A DNA stretch of 64,000 nt from Octopus vulgaris (Eukaryota), in assembly GCA_951406725.2 (NCBI GenBank), contig OX597821.1:3906001-3970000 (forward strand). Reading direction: 5' to 3'. Below are positions 1-12,581 of this stretch, one piece after another (position 1 is the stretch's first letter; each line of letters starts with the position of its first letter). Under the pieces are notes generated by a model. It did no database searches and was not told the origin of the DNA. It was given only the letters and a program-made list of their open reading frames with translations. The translations under genes and the position numbers were made by a program.

Positions 1-751
1 TCACTCCGAACAATATGAGATTATTCCGCTTAATTAATTGATACTGAAATATAGAGTATTTATTGCTAATTTGAAAGTGTTGTATTCGTTTACTCATATA
101 CATTCTATTTTAAGCGCATACTGAAAAGTAAACAAATGGATTATAGCTCAGGTTTGTTTGTCTATGGGAAGAGTTTATGAGAACGTAATTACAAGTTTTT
201 AATGTCTTCAAACAAAAGGCTATGAATCTTCCGTCTACGGAATGAATTGTAGGTTGTGATTTTATATGGCGTGTACAAAATTTGCTTCAAAGTGTTCATA
301 TTAAAACTAATCTAAAATAGGGAACAAACGAATCAACGTTAGAATATTTCTAAGATTATCAAATAATTGTTGTCTATTGTTGTTTATTAAGCACTTCACT
401 TTTTCAGTTTGTACACTTTTATACAAATTAAAACTGGTTATCTGAACAGAAGTTCATTAAAGGAGAACACGTAGCACTCTATGTATATTGTTATTCAGAT
501 GCAATTCAGAGGCATTCGGAGGCAGGAATCAAAAAGTACATACAAAAGTAAGAATATATTTTTATAACTTAATAGTCAGATCTCTTTATAATGAATGACA
601 TTTTACTTAGTACGCATAAAGAATAAAAACAGGACAAGGAAACCAACATAGAGGGCTTTTTTAAGCCTAGACGGTGGAAAAATTCGTTGGAGCGCGATTC
701 AGAAAATCGACTTGCTAGAGACAGAAGAAGTCGGTGTTGACTTGTTGAAAT

Positions 752-774
752 CTGCGAGTGAAAGAAAGTTAGTA
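752..774 (-). promoter_or_regulatory. Candidate branch point and 3' splice acceptor
   Basis: Minus strand reads TACTAAC-TTTCTTTCACTCG-CAG: consensus branch point, pyrimidine tract and CAG, downstream of a long CT-rich tract. Confidence 0.4.
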
Positions 775-940
775 GTCATGACTGCGGCCAGAGAGAGGAG
801 GAGTGAGAGAGAGAGAGAGTGAGAGAGGGGCAAAGAAACCAGAAAGGGTGAAAAATAAGGAGAGAGACAGGTAGAGATGAAGACAGACAGGCAGGGAGGA
901 AAGGTCAAGTAAAGGCTTAAAGAGTGCGCGTCATAATTAT

Positions 941-1281
941 TAATAAAAACTTACTTGGAGGATAAGAAACGACGCGAGGCGCTCAGTCATATAATAACAA
1001 TTTAACAAATATGCTTTTACGTCCTGTTCTTGTAATTCTTTTCTTTTTTTACCCCTCTGCAAAAGAATTTAATTTAATTCATTTTGTAGGAAGGACTGCT
1101 TCGGCCGGATCGTGTTCTGCCTTTACCTTCCAAACACGCATTGATTGGAACCAGGAGCAGCTGATGAAGGGGAATATTACTTGTATTGTTTGTCTTGTAC
1201 TCTGTTTTTTCGTTGTTTTGTTTTTAAGTTTTCGTTTCACGTTGTGGTCTACGTTTATTTGTGGTGTCCTGTACACACACC

Positions 1282-1317
<36 letters not shown>

Positions 1318-1471
1318 CACATATATATATATATATATATATGCATGTATATATACATATATATGTAGGTATGTACATATATGTCTGTATGCATATGTTT
1401 TATTTGTTAAATTGTAATTATATGACTGAGCGCCTCGCGTCGTTTCGTATCCTCCAAGTAAGTTTTTATTA
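941..1471. repeat. 71-bp inverted repeat (941-1011 / 1401-1471), 389-bp spacer
   Basis: The arms are reverse complements with 2 mismatches: TAATAAAAACTTACTTGGAGGATA(A/C)GAAACGACGCGAGGCGCTCAGTCATATAAT(A/T)ACAATTTAACAAATA. Confidence 0.95.
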
Positions 1472-2443
1472 TATATATATATATGCATATATGTAGTTAT
1501 GTATGCATGATATAATATCAAATATGTATATATGCAATTATGTGTGTATGAACCCGGAAGTGTATATGCACGTGATGTATGTTTATTTATGAAGAGTAAC
1601 TTTTATTCAGCCTAAATAATGAATTAATTTTCTATGAGAATGGATAGTTTAAGAAAGCGGAACATAAATATAGTGGCGATGAATATCGAGATAATATTTC
1701 GTAGATATCTCTACAATGAAATCAAAAGCTATTAAGAGGCAATACAAACTTGTATATACGTTCAATAGCGAAAGCAAACATCCATGCCTATTCGTATCAG
1801 TAAATATATATTATATATTATATATTTATTATATATGTTATTTATGTGTGCGTGTAAGTGTGTGTTTGTGTATATACACATGAATATATATTCACGTAAA
1901 CACATTTACACGCATGTAATTATAAATGTATATGTGTAAAAGTAAATATATCTGTATGCACGTGTATGAAGTTCTAAATGTTGGCATTGATAAAAATGAG
2001 AGATATTTTCAGTATTTCTTAGTATATTAGAAATTCTAAGCTATTTATCCCATCACTTAACTCTCTGTCCTCTTCTATGGAAATGGCGTTAATAGAAGTT
2101 GATTGACTTTGCTATTACATACATGATATTATAAATGAGGGCAAATATGATGCAGTATTTGATATAAGATAACTTAAGGGAAAATAAAGTCCATAGAAAT
2201 AAGCGATAAGTACAAGTATAAAACATAAGCGAAAATAGCAGGAACAATATGGTATACAGTTACTGAAACAAGAACAAAAGACAAAACAATATTAATAAAG
2301 AAGATATAAATTAGGAATAAGAATAGCATGACCAACAATAATAACATCAGCAATATAAGCCATTATACGTATAATAAATACCTGAGAGATATCTACCTAC
2401 CGAGAGAGAAAAAGTAAATAGTAAATCATGAAAATGTACGACG

Positions 2444-2445
<2 letters not shown>

Positions 2446-2494
<49 letters not shown>

Positions 2495-2667
2495 AACATA
2501 CACACACAAACACAAACACACACATATATATATGTATATAAATATGTAAGTAAAATATTTAGGAATATTGAGAACAACAATAATGTTGAAAATGACGTTA
2601 ACAACCAACAGCATCACAACCACTAACACTGCAACAAAACAACAACAACAATAGCAGCAGCAACAAT

Positions 2668-2746
<79 letters not shown>

Positions 2747-2969
2747 TTAATAATGATGATGATGATGATTATGGTGATAATGATGATAATAATAATGATA
2801 GCGACAACAACATCATCCACTCAAAGGAAAATAAATAAAACTGCAAACCCAGTAACATTTCGAACCGGAATCCATTAGTACTTTTGTTCGATAAAGAAAT
2901 ATTGACTCCACTTAAGCTCTTTGTAGATTTTCTATAGTTCATATATTTGTTTATATATGAATATATATA

Positions 2970-3012
<43 letters not shown>

Positions 3013-3032
3013 GTTATTATTATTATTATTAT

Positions 3033-3078
<46 letters not shown>

Positions 3079-3360
3079 TGTAGTAGTAGTAGTAAAATAA
3101 ATCATTGTTATTATTATAGCTGCTCTTCTTCGGGTGGTGGTGGTGGTGGTGGTGGTGGCGGTGCTGTGGTTGTGCTGGTTTGATTGTTGATATTGTTGCT
3201 CTTGTTCTCATTGATATTAATATTATTGAGGTTGTTGTTATTGTAGTTGTTGTTGTTGTAGGTATAATTTATTATTAATATTATTCTCCCCATTGTTGTT
3301 CTTGTTATCGATGTCGTTGCTCTTACTGGCATCATCTTTGTTGCAATTGTTGTTATTATT
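2446..3360. repeat. Compound microsatellite block: (CA)n, (CAA)n, (TAA)n, (GAT)n, (TA)n, (TAG)n, (GGT)n
   Basis: Directly visible simple repeats. Confidence 0.95.
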
Positions 3361-3410
3361 AGTAGATTTATTAGTATTTACGTTATGGGTAATGTTATCA
3401 TCATCAATAT

Positions 3411-3829
3411 TTATTTCTTTATTACCCACTGGTGGCTAAACCCAGAGGTGAAAAACAAGGATAGACAATGGGATTAAGTCGATTACATTGTCTCCAGTGA
3501 TTAACTGGTACTTATTTAATCGACCCCGAAAGGATGAAAGGCAAAGTCTACCTCGGCGGAATTTGAACTCAGAACGTAATGGCAGACGAAATACCTATTT
3601 CTTTACTACCCACAGGGGGCTAAATAAAGAAAGGACAAACAAGGAGAGGCAAACGGATTAAGTCGATTATATCGTCCTCAGTGTGTAACTGGTACTTAAT
3701 TTATCGACCCCGAAAGGATGAAATCGATTAATTCCTCGGCGGAATTTGAACTCAGAACGTAACGGCAGACGAAATACCGTTAGGCATTTCGCCCGGCGTT
3801 CTACCGTTTCTGCCAGCTCAATGCCTTTT
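3411..3829 (-). mobile_element. tRNA-head SINE family A, with 3' part duplicated
   Basis: Matches the copies at 8111, 27371 and 46120. 13-bp TSD TCATCATCAATAT at 3398-3410 and 3830-3842. Confidence 0.9.
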
Positions 3830-4015
3830 TCATCATCAATATCGTCATAATATCATTATAAGCGTCCTTGTCATTACCATTAACAAGATAAACATTCTGC
3901 TCATCACCCTTAAAAATAAAGTTAAAAGTCAAGCAGATATAAAGAAAAACGAAATAAATTTGTATTGCTATTACTATTGATGTTGGTGTTAGTTTTGGTG
4001 TTAGTGGTGGTCGTG

Positions 4016-4076
<61 letters not shown>

Positions 4077-4534
4077 CAGCAGCAGCAGTAGTAGTAGCAG
4101 CAGTAGTAATGTTACCTCATGTATTGTCACCGTTATATTGCATTTAAAATGCCTATATTATAGTATTATTTTTTACAATATTAATTATGGTATTTTTTTC
4201 TCATCAAATATTGTTTGAGAATTTTTATTTTCGTGTTCAAGGAAATTGAAATAAGGGTCATTTATATTAACATTTCCTCTTTACTTTTGTACTTGTTGTT
4301 GTTCACACAGTGTTAAGTCGGAATTAATTGCAAAAATATTAATATATATAGATCTAATAGAAATATCATATAAACGCATTGAAACACACATATAAAAACT
4401 CTAAATACATACTTATACACGCAAGAAACAAAAATGGTTTCTGTTGCTGCAAACATTGAAAGTAAGTCATATTGAACAATAAATGTTATAAATATATAGA
4501 TACAGATATAGGCATAGAATACTTTCATATCTCT

Positions 4535-4567
4535 TATCTATCTATCTGCCTGCCTGTATATCTATCC

Positions 4568-4621
<54 letters not shown>

Positions 4622-4877
4622 ATATCTATCTATCTATCTATCTATCTATCTCTCTATATGTCTGTCTGTCTGTCTATCTATCTACCTATCTATCTTTCTA
4701 TCTATCTAAATATCTATCAATCTCTCCATCCATCTATATATCTATCTATCTATCTATCTATCGATCGATCTATCAATATATATATATATACATATGAAGG
4801 TGCATATATATATATATATATATAGTTAATCCAAACGAGAAAGCACAAAGAAACACAACATTGCGAGGACGTGAAAC

Positions 4878-4946
<69 letters not shown>

Positions 4947-5968
4947 TACATAAATATGTGCAGACGTATTTTCAGATAAATGCATATATATATATATATA
5001 TATATATATTTATGTATATAAATTCATATATAGGTGTATACATCTATATATATATACTTATATAGACACACGTATATACGTATAAGTATATATATTATGT
5101 ATACACACAAAAATATACACTCGCACCTGCACACATATATGTGTATGAATATATGTATATATATATATATGTGTGTGTGTGTAGATGTATGTATGTATGT
5201 GTATATATATATATATATATATACACATTAATATAGGCATAAAATATTTCGTAGGTGTGTATTCATACTGAATGTATTTAAGTCGTGCGAATACAATATC
5301 AGTTTGCACACGAGGTGGATGTGTATGTATATATGTATATATATATATGTGTGTGTGCGGGGGTGTAGATGTATTGTATGTATGTGTATATATATATATA
5401 TATATATACACATTAATATTGGAGATATTATTTATTCAAATGCCTCATTGATTGCTTCTATATAAAGCCATTGTGTTACTTTTTTTTTTACAGTTGGATA
5501 TATACTGCATAGGCAATACTTGCAGCCGCTCACATAATTCATATGAGAGAGTAAAGAGAGACATATACCCTGCCGATTTTTCTTTTATTCCCTTCGTCCT
5601 TTCTAACACGTTGCTTCGACATGTGAGGGTGTCTATGAGTGTGTAGGTATGTGTAACGTAAGTCCGATGTAAAATAGGAAAAGTGCAGAATAAGGTTGTC
5701 AACATCATACTAGGGTCCAGACGTACTTTTATATTCGAAATGCACAAAGGCCTCATTGATCTTTGTGACTTCTATATAAAGCCATGTGTGTATACGTTTT
5801 TTTTATACAGTTGGATATATACTATATATATATATATACTTGCATATATATATATATGAGAGAGTAAAGAGAGACATATACCCTGCCGATTTTTCTTTTA
5901 TACACATAAACATACACATACAATTATATGTAAATATATATACTTGCTGTACATACATATACATATGG

Positions 5969-6015
<47 letters not shown>

Positions 6016-6128
6016 TAGATAGATATATATATATATATATATGTATATGTATATATATATGTATACATATATCTACAAATGCATACAGATATATATATAT
6101 ATAGATATATATATAGAGAGAGTGATAC

Positions 6129-6179
<51 letters not shown>

Positions 6180-6482
6180 ATTAAATATATATAGATAGAT
6201 ATAGATACACGTATATATATGAATACATAGATATATATGTATATATATACTTTTATTACATATACCACTGAAAGAAAACTCATACACAACACGTTGAATG
6301 CACACGATAATATATATGTTTTCATATGAAGACATATATACAATTGTATAAACAGAAAACTAAATAGAATATAAATGTGTGTATGTGGGTGTGGAGAAAG
6401 TGTGTGTATGTGTGCATGTATGTATATATACATTCATATATGATATATGTATATATGTATATATATGTATATATATGTACAC

Positions 6483-6540
<58 letters not shown>

Positions 6541-6580
6541 ACATATACATATATAATACATATATATATTTATATAGACA
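4535..6580. repeat. (TCTA)n, (TA)n and (CA/TG)n microsatellite field with short inserts
   Basis: Directly visible. Includes direct repeats: 5442-5506 recurs at ~5750-5823 and 5541-5588 recurs at ~5854-5899. Confidence 0.85.
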
Positions 6581-6775
6581 TACAAGCAGTAAATGATACA
6601 TAGAATTTGACCACATTTTCCACTGTGTATTTCTGTCCCCATTTCTTCCTAAAAACACACCGACTTGTTTCTCCATCCATCTATTTTGGAAACGAGTCGG
6701 TGTGTTTTTAGAAAGAAATGGGGAAATACACAGTGGAAATTGTGGTCAAATTCTATGTATCATTTACTGCTTGTA
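6581..6775. repeat. Fold-back palindrome, ~90-bp arms, ~17-nt loop
   Basis: 6581-6671 is the reverse complement of 6689-6775, apart from a few substitutions and one small indel. Confidence 0.95.
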
Positions 6776-6897
6776 AGGTTCGTAGTCATATATAAACTTT
6801 TACTAAGAAGTGTTTAGTGTCCACATGTGAAGTGAGGATATCGTCAGAGGGAGTGAGATCATGTGTTTGAAATTCAAATTAATTTAAAATAGAATGG

Positions 6898-6957
<60 letters not shown>

Positions 6958-7173
6958 GAAAACCCCTTCGTATAGGGGAGACAATTTGGGGACTTCTACC
7001 TCTTATGAGATAAGTACCCCTTTTCATTTGTTTAATTTCCCGTAATTCAATGTAAGGACCTATGCTCTGTTTACATTCTGTTACTAATCTTTCTTTCTCT
7101 GTTTCAGCTCCGTTTCTCAATACATCTCTTTAAAATTATTCAATTGTAGATAGGCATTTTTTTGCTTTATTTA

Positions 7174-7229
<56 letters not shown>

Positions 7230-7385
7230 CTCAGCCCCTCAATCTCCCTAAATATATATACGCGAACACTAGAGATATAGTCGCAATTAGTTTAGTTTAG
7301 AAGAAAACGTTTGTACCTACGGACAGGTGTATATTTATAATTTACATTCTGTTAATGGTCTTTCAATTTCTGTTTCAGCTTCGTA

Positions 7386-7930
7386 ACCTCCTCTCTTTCT
7401 TTTCTTTCTCTCTCTGTCTCTTCACTTCTCTCTATCACACCATCTTTCTTCTCTCAGCCGCTCAATCTTCCTCACTTTCTCCTCGTCTTCTCTCAGCCGC
7501 TCAATCTTTTGCATCACAGCCGCTCAATCTTCCTCACTTTCTCCTTGTCTTCTCTCAGCCGCTCAATCTTTTGCATCACTTCCTGTCTTTCATCTCTTTC
7601 TCTATCACACCATCTTTCTTCTCTCAGCCTCTCAATCTTCCTCAATATATAGACTCTCTTTCACTCTCTTCTTATCTTCTCTCAACCGCTCAATATTTTG
7701 CATAACCTCCTCTCTTTCATTTCTTTCTCTCTCTGTCTCTTCACTTCTCTCCCTCACGCCTCTTTCCTTGTCTATTCACTTCTTCACTTCTCTCTGTCGC
7801 ACCATCTTTCCTCTCTCAGCCTCTCAATTTTTCTAAATATATAGACGCGAACTTTCTTCTCTTACTCTCTTTTTATCTTCTCTGAGCTCTCAATCTCTCT
7901 AAATACATAGACACTTTCTTTCTTTATTTC
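7386..7930 (+). repeat. Pyrimidine-rich minisatellite with core CTCTCAGCCGCTCAATCTT
   Basis: The core recurs about eight times with variable CT-rich spacers. Confidence 0.85.
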
Positions 7931-8012
7931 TTCTCTACTCTCTATCGCACTATGAAAATTTAAATATAATTAGATAGATAAATAAATAAAATATCCAAAA
8001 TATCCAGAATTT

Positions 8013-9035
8013 GTGTTGTTCCAGGGAGCCTGGCAATGCGCCGACGGAGATAGTCCGAACAACATAAATACAGCTGCGCTGAAGAGCAGTGGATATACAA
8101 GGACGATAGCAAGGCGGCGAGCTGGCAGAATCGTTAGCACGCCGGGCGAATTGCGTAGCCGTATTTCGTCTGCCGTTACGTGTTCTGGGTTCAAATTCCG
8201 CCGAGGTCGACTTTGCCTTTCATCCTTCCGGGGTCGATTAAATAAGTACCAGTTACGTTCTGGGGTCGATGTAATCGACTTAATCCCTTTGTCTGTCCTT
8301 GTTTGTCCCCTCTAAGTTTAGCCCCTTGTGAGTAGTAAAGAAATATATACAAGGACGATAGCGCAGATAGAGCGAAAGAATCAGGAGTTTATACGCTCCT
8401 ATGCACTCATTAGATCTCACATTGGCACGCTTGATGCCATCTTTGACAACGAACACAGTAAATATGGCAAGGATGGAGGCACGGGTGCTGATGAAAGATG
8501 TCACCACCACTTGGTAGACACACAGGACAACAACAAAGAAGATTCAAGTGAGAAACTTGCCCGGGAAGTAAACCCAAGTGCAAGTTCCCCTACCAGCACT
8601 AAAAGCCAAAACCATGGAGATGAAAGAGCCAAAAAAGAAGTAAAAGGAGAAAAAACTAAAAGAAAAACAAATGATGAAACAGCCAAATAAGGAAAAACTA
8701 AAACTCAAACAAAACCAAAATATGAAACAGCCAAGAATAGAAGCAAACCTGACTATCCATGTACCAAAAGGGATAGAATGAGACAGCGCACACGAATGTA
8801 TAAATTCTACCTGAAAGGTGTCTGCTGACATAGAAAGAAAGGTGCAGGCTGCCGTTTTGCACATCAAAGACCCTGCCACATAAACATGAAACAGGTCAGA
8901 AACCAACTACAAAAATGAAAAGGAATGGACCACGCACCACCTGCCCCAAAACGGAGGTACACAGATGTAGTGCGTGCTACAAACCACCAACATGTTATTG
9001 AAAGGGCAGTTGCTGAACAAGAATCTTTTTTTGTG
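8013..9035 (+). pseudogene. LINE ORF1 remnant with CCCH-type zinc finger
   Basis: Removing the SINE and one TSD restores ...KSSGYTRTIA/QIERKNQEFIRS... in frame. The same frame reads YKFYLKGVC*HRKKGAGCRFAHQRPC at 8799-8876 and carries in-frame stops. Confidence 0.7.
8111..8344 (+). mobile_element. SINE family A monomer inserted in LINE ORF1
   Basis: A box-like TGGCAGAATCGTT, B box-like GGTTCAAATTCC, and an 18-bp TSD ATATACAAGGACGATAGC at 8093-8110 and 8345-8362. Confidence 0.95.
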
Positions 9036-9174
9036 CATGACACAAAAGATTGTACAGCAGCTAACCTGGCTCCATCAAACTCAAACTCGCAGATGGGACT
9101 ATCCACAATACACAAAACCGCCACAGCAAATAGACCCAAGGTGGACACCACCGGCAACAGCATACACATCACAT

Positions 9175-12086
9175 CGATTCACCTACTGAACATCAGAGGA
9201 CTGCTAACACTCAGTAACAGGACAAAACTCCCGCACTTACGGAAACACACCTAAAACTGGGCATAGAAGATGCGGAAATACACATACCACAGTATGTTGT
9301 ACTACGGACCGACAGAAAAGAAAGGAGTCATGGAGGAGTTGCTATGTACATCCGTGAGGACCTCACACCCCAGGTCCTTTTGTCATACTCAAATTCGGTG
9401 TGTGACACACTAATTGTACATATAAGGCAACTTGGTGTAGTTATATGTGCTACATATCGCCCTCCAGATGCTCCAAGCCATGTAGGCAAGTTTGAAGACT
9501 GCCTTATAAAAATAGAAGTTCTAGTCACATTAGAACAACACATAAGTGTACTTCTTATGGGAGACTTCAATCTGCCCAATGTCAGATGGCCCGAGGGCCT
9601 TTCTCTCCCAGGAATGACACGATGCGAACGAGGACAGGCGAGGTCCCTCCTGAACCTCATCAACACTCTGTACATGGAGCAAATAATACTCCAACCAACC
9701 AGGGCAGGTAACATACTGGATCTCTGCTTCACAAATAATATGGATCTCATCCATAATGTGAAAGTGACACCGACACTACTCTCGGATCACAACATGGTAG
9801 AGCTGACCATGTACGGGCCAAAGGAAAGCATGGACATGCAGTCTACAAGAAACTCTCAGAATCTTTCCAGCTTGAACTTCCATAAGGCAAACTGGAAACA
9901 AATTGAGAAAGAGATCCTCAAACAAAACTGGCCTGAATGTCTTTCCTCACCAGACATCGACATGAAACTTCAACAATTCATGTCTGTAATGCAAGCCATA
10001 TGCTACAAATGTGTCCCAGAGAGAAAGGCCACTGTACACAAGAACAAAATCCCCAGAGAGAGGAAAATTCTAATGAGACGGTGTACAAAAGTTTCAAATC
10101 GCCTAAACAAACAAATTGAAAGCAGTGAAAAGTCCCGCCTGAAAATAAAACTGTTGGAAATTGAAAAATGTCTGCAACTCTCCCATGAAAAAGAAAGAGC
10201 AGACAAAGAAGCCTGGGCTATAGACAACATAAAATCTAACCCCAGAGCTTTCTACAGGTATGCCAAAGAAACAGCTACGGTGCACTGTAGGATAGGGCCA
10301 CTCCTTGAAAAGGATGGCACACTCACAGGAAATCCAATGAGGATAAGTGAAATACTAAATGAGCAATTCAAGAGTATTTTCACTCCACCCCTAGGGCATT
10401 TTCAAGTCAGCAATCCAACTGACTTCTTTACCACTGCAGATATAAAATCAGAGGCAGCGATGATTGATTACATCAATATAAAGGAAGACGATGTAATAAA
10501 GGCTATAGATGAAATGAAAACAAACTCAGCTACTGGCCCCGATGGATTCCCAGCAATCCTTCTAAAAGTATGTAAGAGAGTCCTAGCAAGACCACTGCAG
10601 TTCCTCTTTCAGAGCTTCCTTGCAACTGGCAAACTTCCAAGAAAACTGAAGGAAGGTAAAATATGCCCTATTCATAAAGGAGGTAGCAGAGCGGAGGCCA
10701 AGAACTACAGACCTATCTCTCTGACCTCACACATCAGCAAGGTCATGGAACGAATAGTCAGAAGGAAACTAATCACCTTCCTTGAAGAAAATGACTTGCT
10801 GCCTGACACCCAACATGGTTTCCGACCAGGAAGAAGCTGCCTAACTCAGCTCCTACAACACTATGACTGGGTGCTGAAACGACTGCTCAACCACTCAAAT
10901 GTGGAAGTCATATATCTCGACTTTGCAAAGGCCTTTGATAAAGTCGATCATGGAATGATATGTCACAAACTGCGTGATCTTGGCATAGTTGGAAAATTGG
11001 GAGAATGGCTTCATGACTTTCTGAAGGATAGAAGTCAGGTGGTAGTAGCCAATGGGGCCACCTCCAATAACACGCAAATAGTGAGCGGTGTTCCGCAAGG
11101 CACTGTTTTGGGACCACTACTGTTCATAATGGCCCTCTCAGACATGCCCTCAGCCACGCAGAGAGCCACGATCACAAGTTATGCAGATGATACAAAAGTT
11201 TCACAGGCAATACAGAACCCTGAAGACACTATGCACCTGCAATGTGAGCTGGACAAAATATACAAGTGGGCTGAAAAGAATAGCATGCAGTTCAATGCTG
11301 AAAAGTTTCAAGCTTTATTATCAGCATGCAAAACTAAATGCAATACCCAATAAATACACTGGACCTGGAGGGATTGCAATCCCAGAGGCACAATCAGTGC
11401 GAGACCTGGGTATTTACATGAGTGATGATGCAACCTTTCATGTGCATGTTGCTAAATTGGCAATGAAATGTAGGCGGCTGACCGGATGGATTCTTAGAAC
11501 CTTTAGAACAAGAGACCAGGAAACCATGATGGTCCTCTGGAGGACACTTGTCCTAAGCCACTTTGACTATTGCTCTCAGCTATGGTCACCATCCAGTGTC
11601 AAGTTAATCACAGAACTTGAGGCGATCCAACGAAGCTACACGAAGAAGATAGCCTCTGTGCAGCATATAAACTACTGGGAAAGACTCAAGAGATTAAACT
11701 CTATTCCTTAGAGCGTAGGCGAGAAAGATATGCCATAATATACATCTGGAAGATCCTAGAAGGACTTGTCCCAAACTTTGGCATCGAGAGTTACACAAAT
11801 GCTAGAACTGGGCGCCACTGCATGGTGCCAAGGACTCCAAATTTGCCATCAAGATGTAGGACAAGATACTGTGATAGCCTGGGCTTCAGAGGCCCACAGC
11901 TCTTCAATATCCCCCGAAGAACCTGAGAGACCTACATGGGGTGGATGCAGATGTCTTTAAAATAAAACTGGATCTCTTCCTGTCAGGTGTCCCAGATGAA
12001 CCAACTTCACGGCAGGAGGTGCAGATGAGGGCAGCTGCATGAACTCTCTCATGCACCAAATGGCAATTGCTAAAAAGCATTCGTGA
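9175..12086 (+). pseudogene. LINE ORF2 (endonuclease-reverse transcriptase), frameshifted; 669-aa open segment 9344-11353
   Basis: Motifs LLNIRGL, ETHL, GGVAMY, YRPP, GDFN, SDH (APE) and GPDG, YRPISLTS, QHGFR, YLDFAKAFDKV, GVPQGTVLGPLLF, YADDTK (RT). Frame breaks near 9240, 11315, 11700, 11910 and 12040. Confidence 0.92.
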
Positions 12087-12196
12087 AGTAAAATCATGTA
12101 GCAACACCAAATGGCGGTGCCCCAGCATGGTCACAGCTCGTGAGCTGAAACTAGATAAAATAAAAATAAAAATAAAAATAAATATATATATATATG

Positions 12197-12222
12197 GATA
12201 GATAGATAGATAGATATATAGG

Positions 12223-12308
<86 letters not shown>
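12197..12308. repeat. (GATA)n microsatellite
   Basis: Directly visible. Confidence 0.95.
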
Positions 12309-12309
<1 letters not shown>

Positions 12310-12581
12310 GTGGAAGATTATAATCTTTATTTTCCTTTAAGTTGTTTTCTTCCAATATTCTTTATTCTAAAAATATATCCTTGCAGTTTACCGCGAAAAT
12401 GCAAATTCTCCCTTATGATATTCCCAACTGAAGTTGGCACATCAAGTTAGATGTGCATTTAGAGGCTCATAGGGCACAGCTGCGCTGATCATGGTATATT
12501 TCCCTATGTTACCATACGTGAGAGTTATATTTCCACGTAAACCGCAGTGAAATGCCTTTAGTATATCTATATGCAATAAGC

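Larger units (their letters stand above)
8011..12182 (+). mobile_element. Near full-length decayed non-LTR retrotransposon, CR1/L2 group (APE-RT)
   Basis: ORF1 remnant, APE motifs, RT motifs and a (TAAAAA)n tail at ~12156-12182. The 5' boundary is approximate. Confidence 0.92.

Noticed and set aside
499-547. 49-nt plus-strand exon (TTCAG|..|GTAAGA)
   Set aside because: Weak pyrimidine tract and no recognisable peptide; expected by chance.
7386-7930. CRISPR-like repeat-spacer array
   Set aside because: The spacers are related low-complexity sequence, the context is eukaryotic, and there are no cas genes.
9344-11353. Functional LINE ORF2 or domesticated gene
   Set aside because: The APE N-terminus has a deletion, the C-terminus has several frameshifts, and ORF1 is disrupted.
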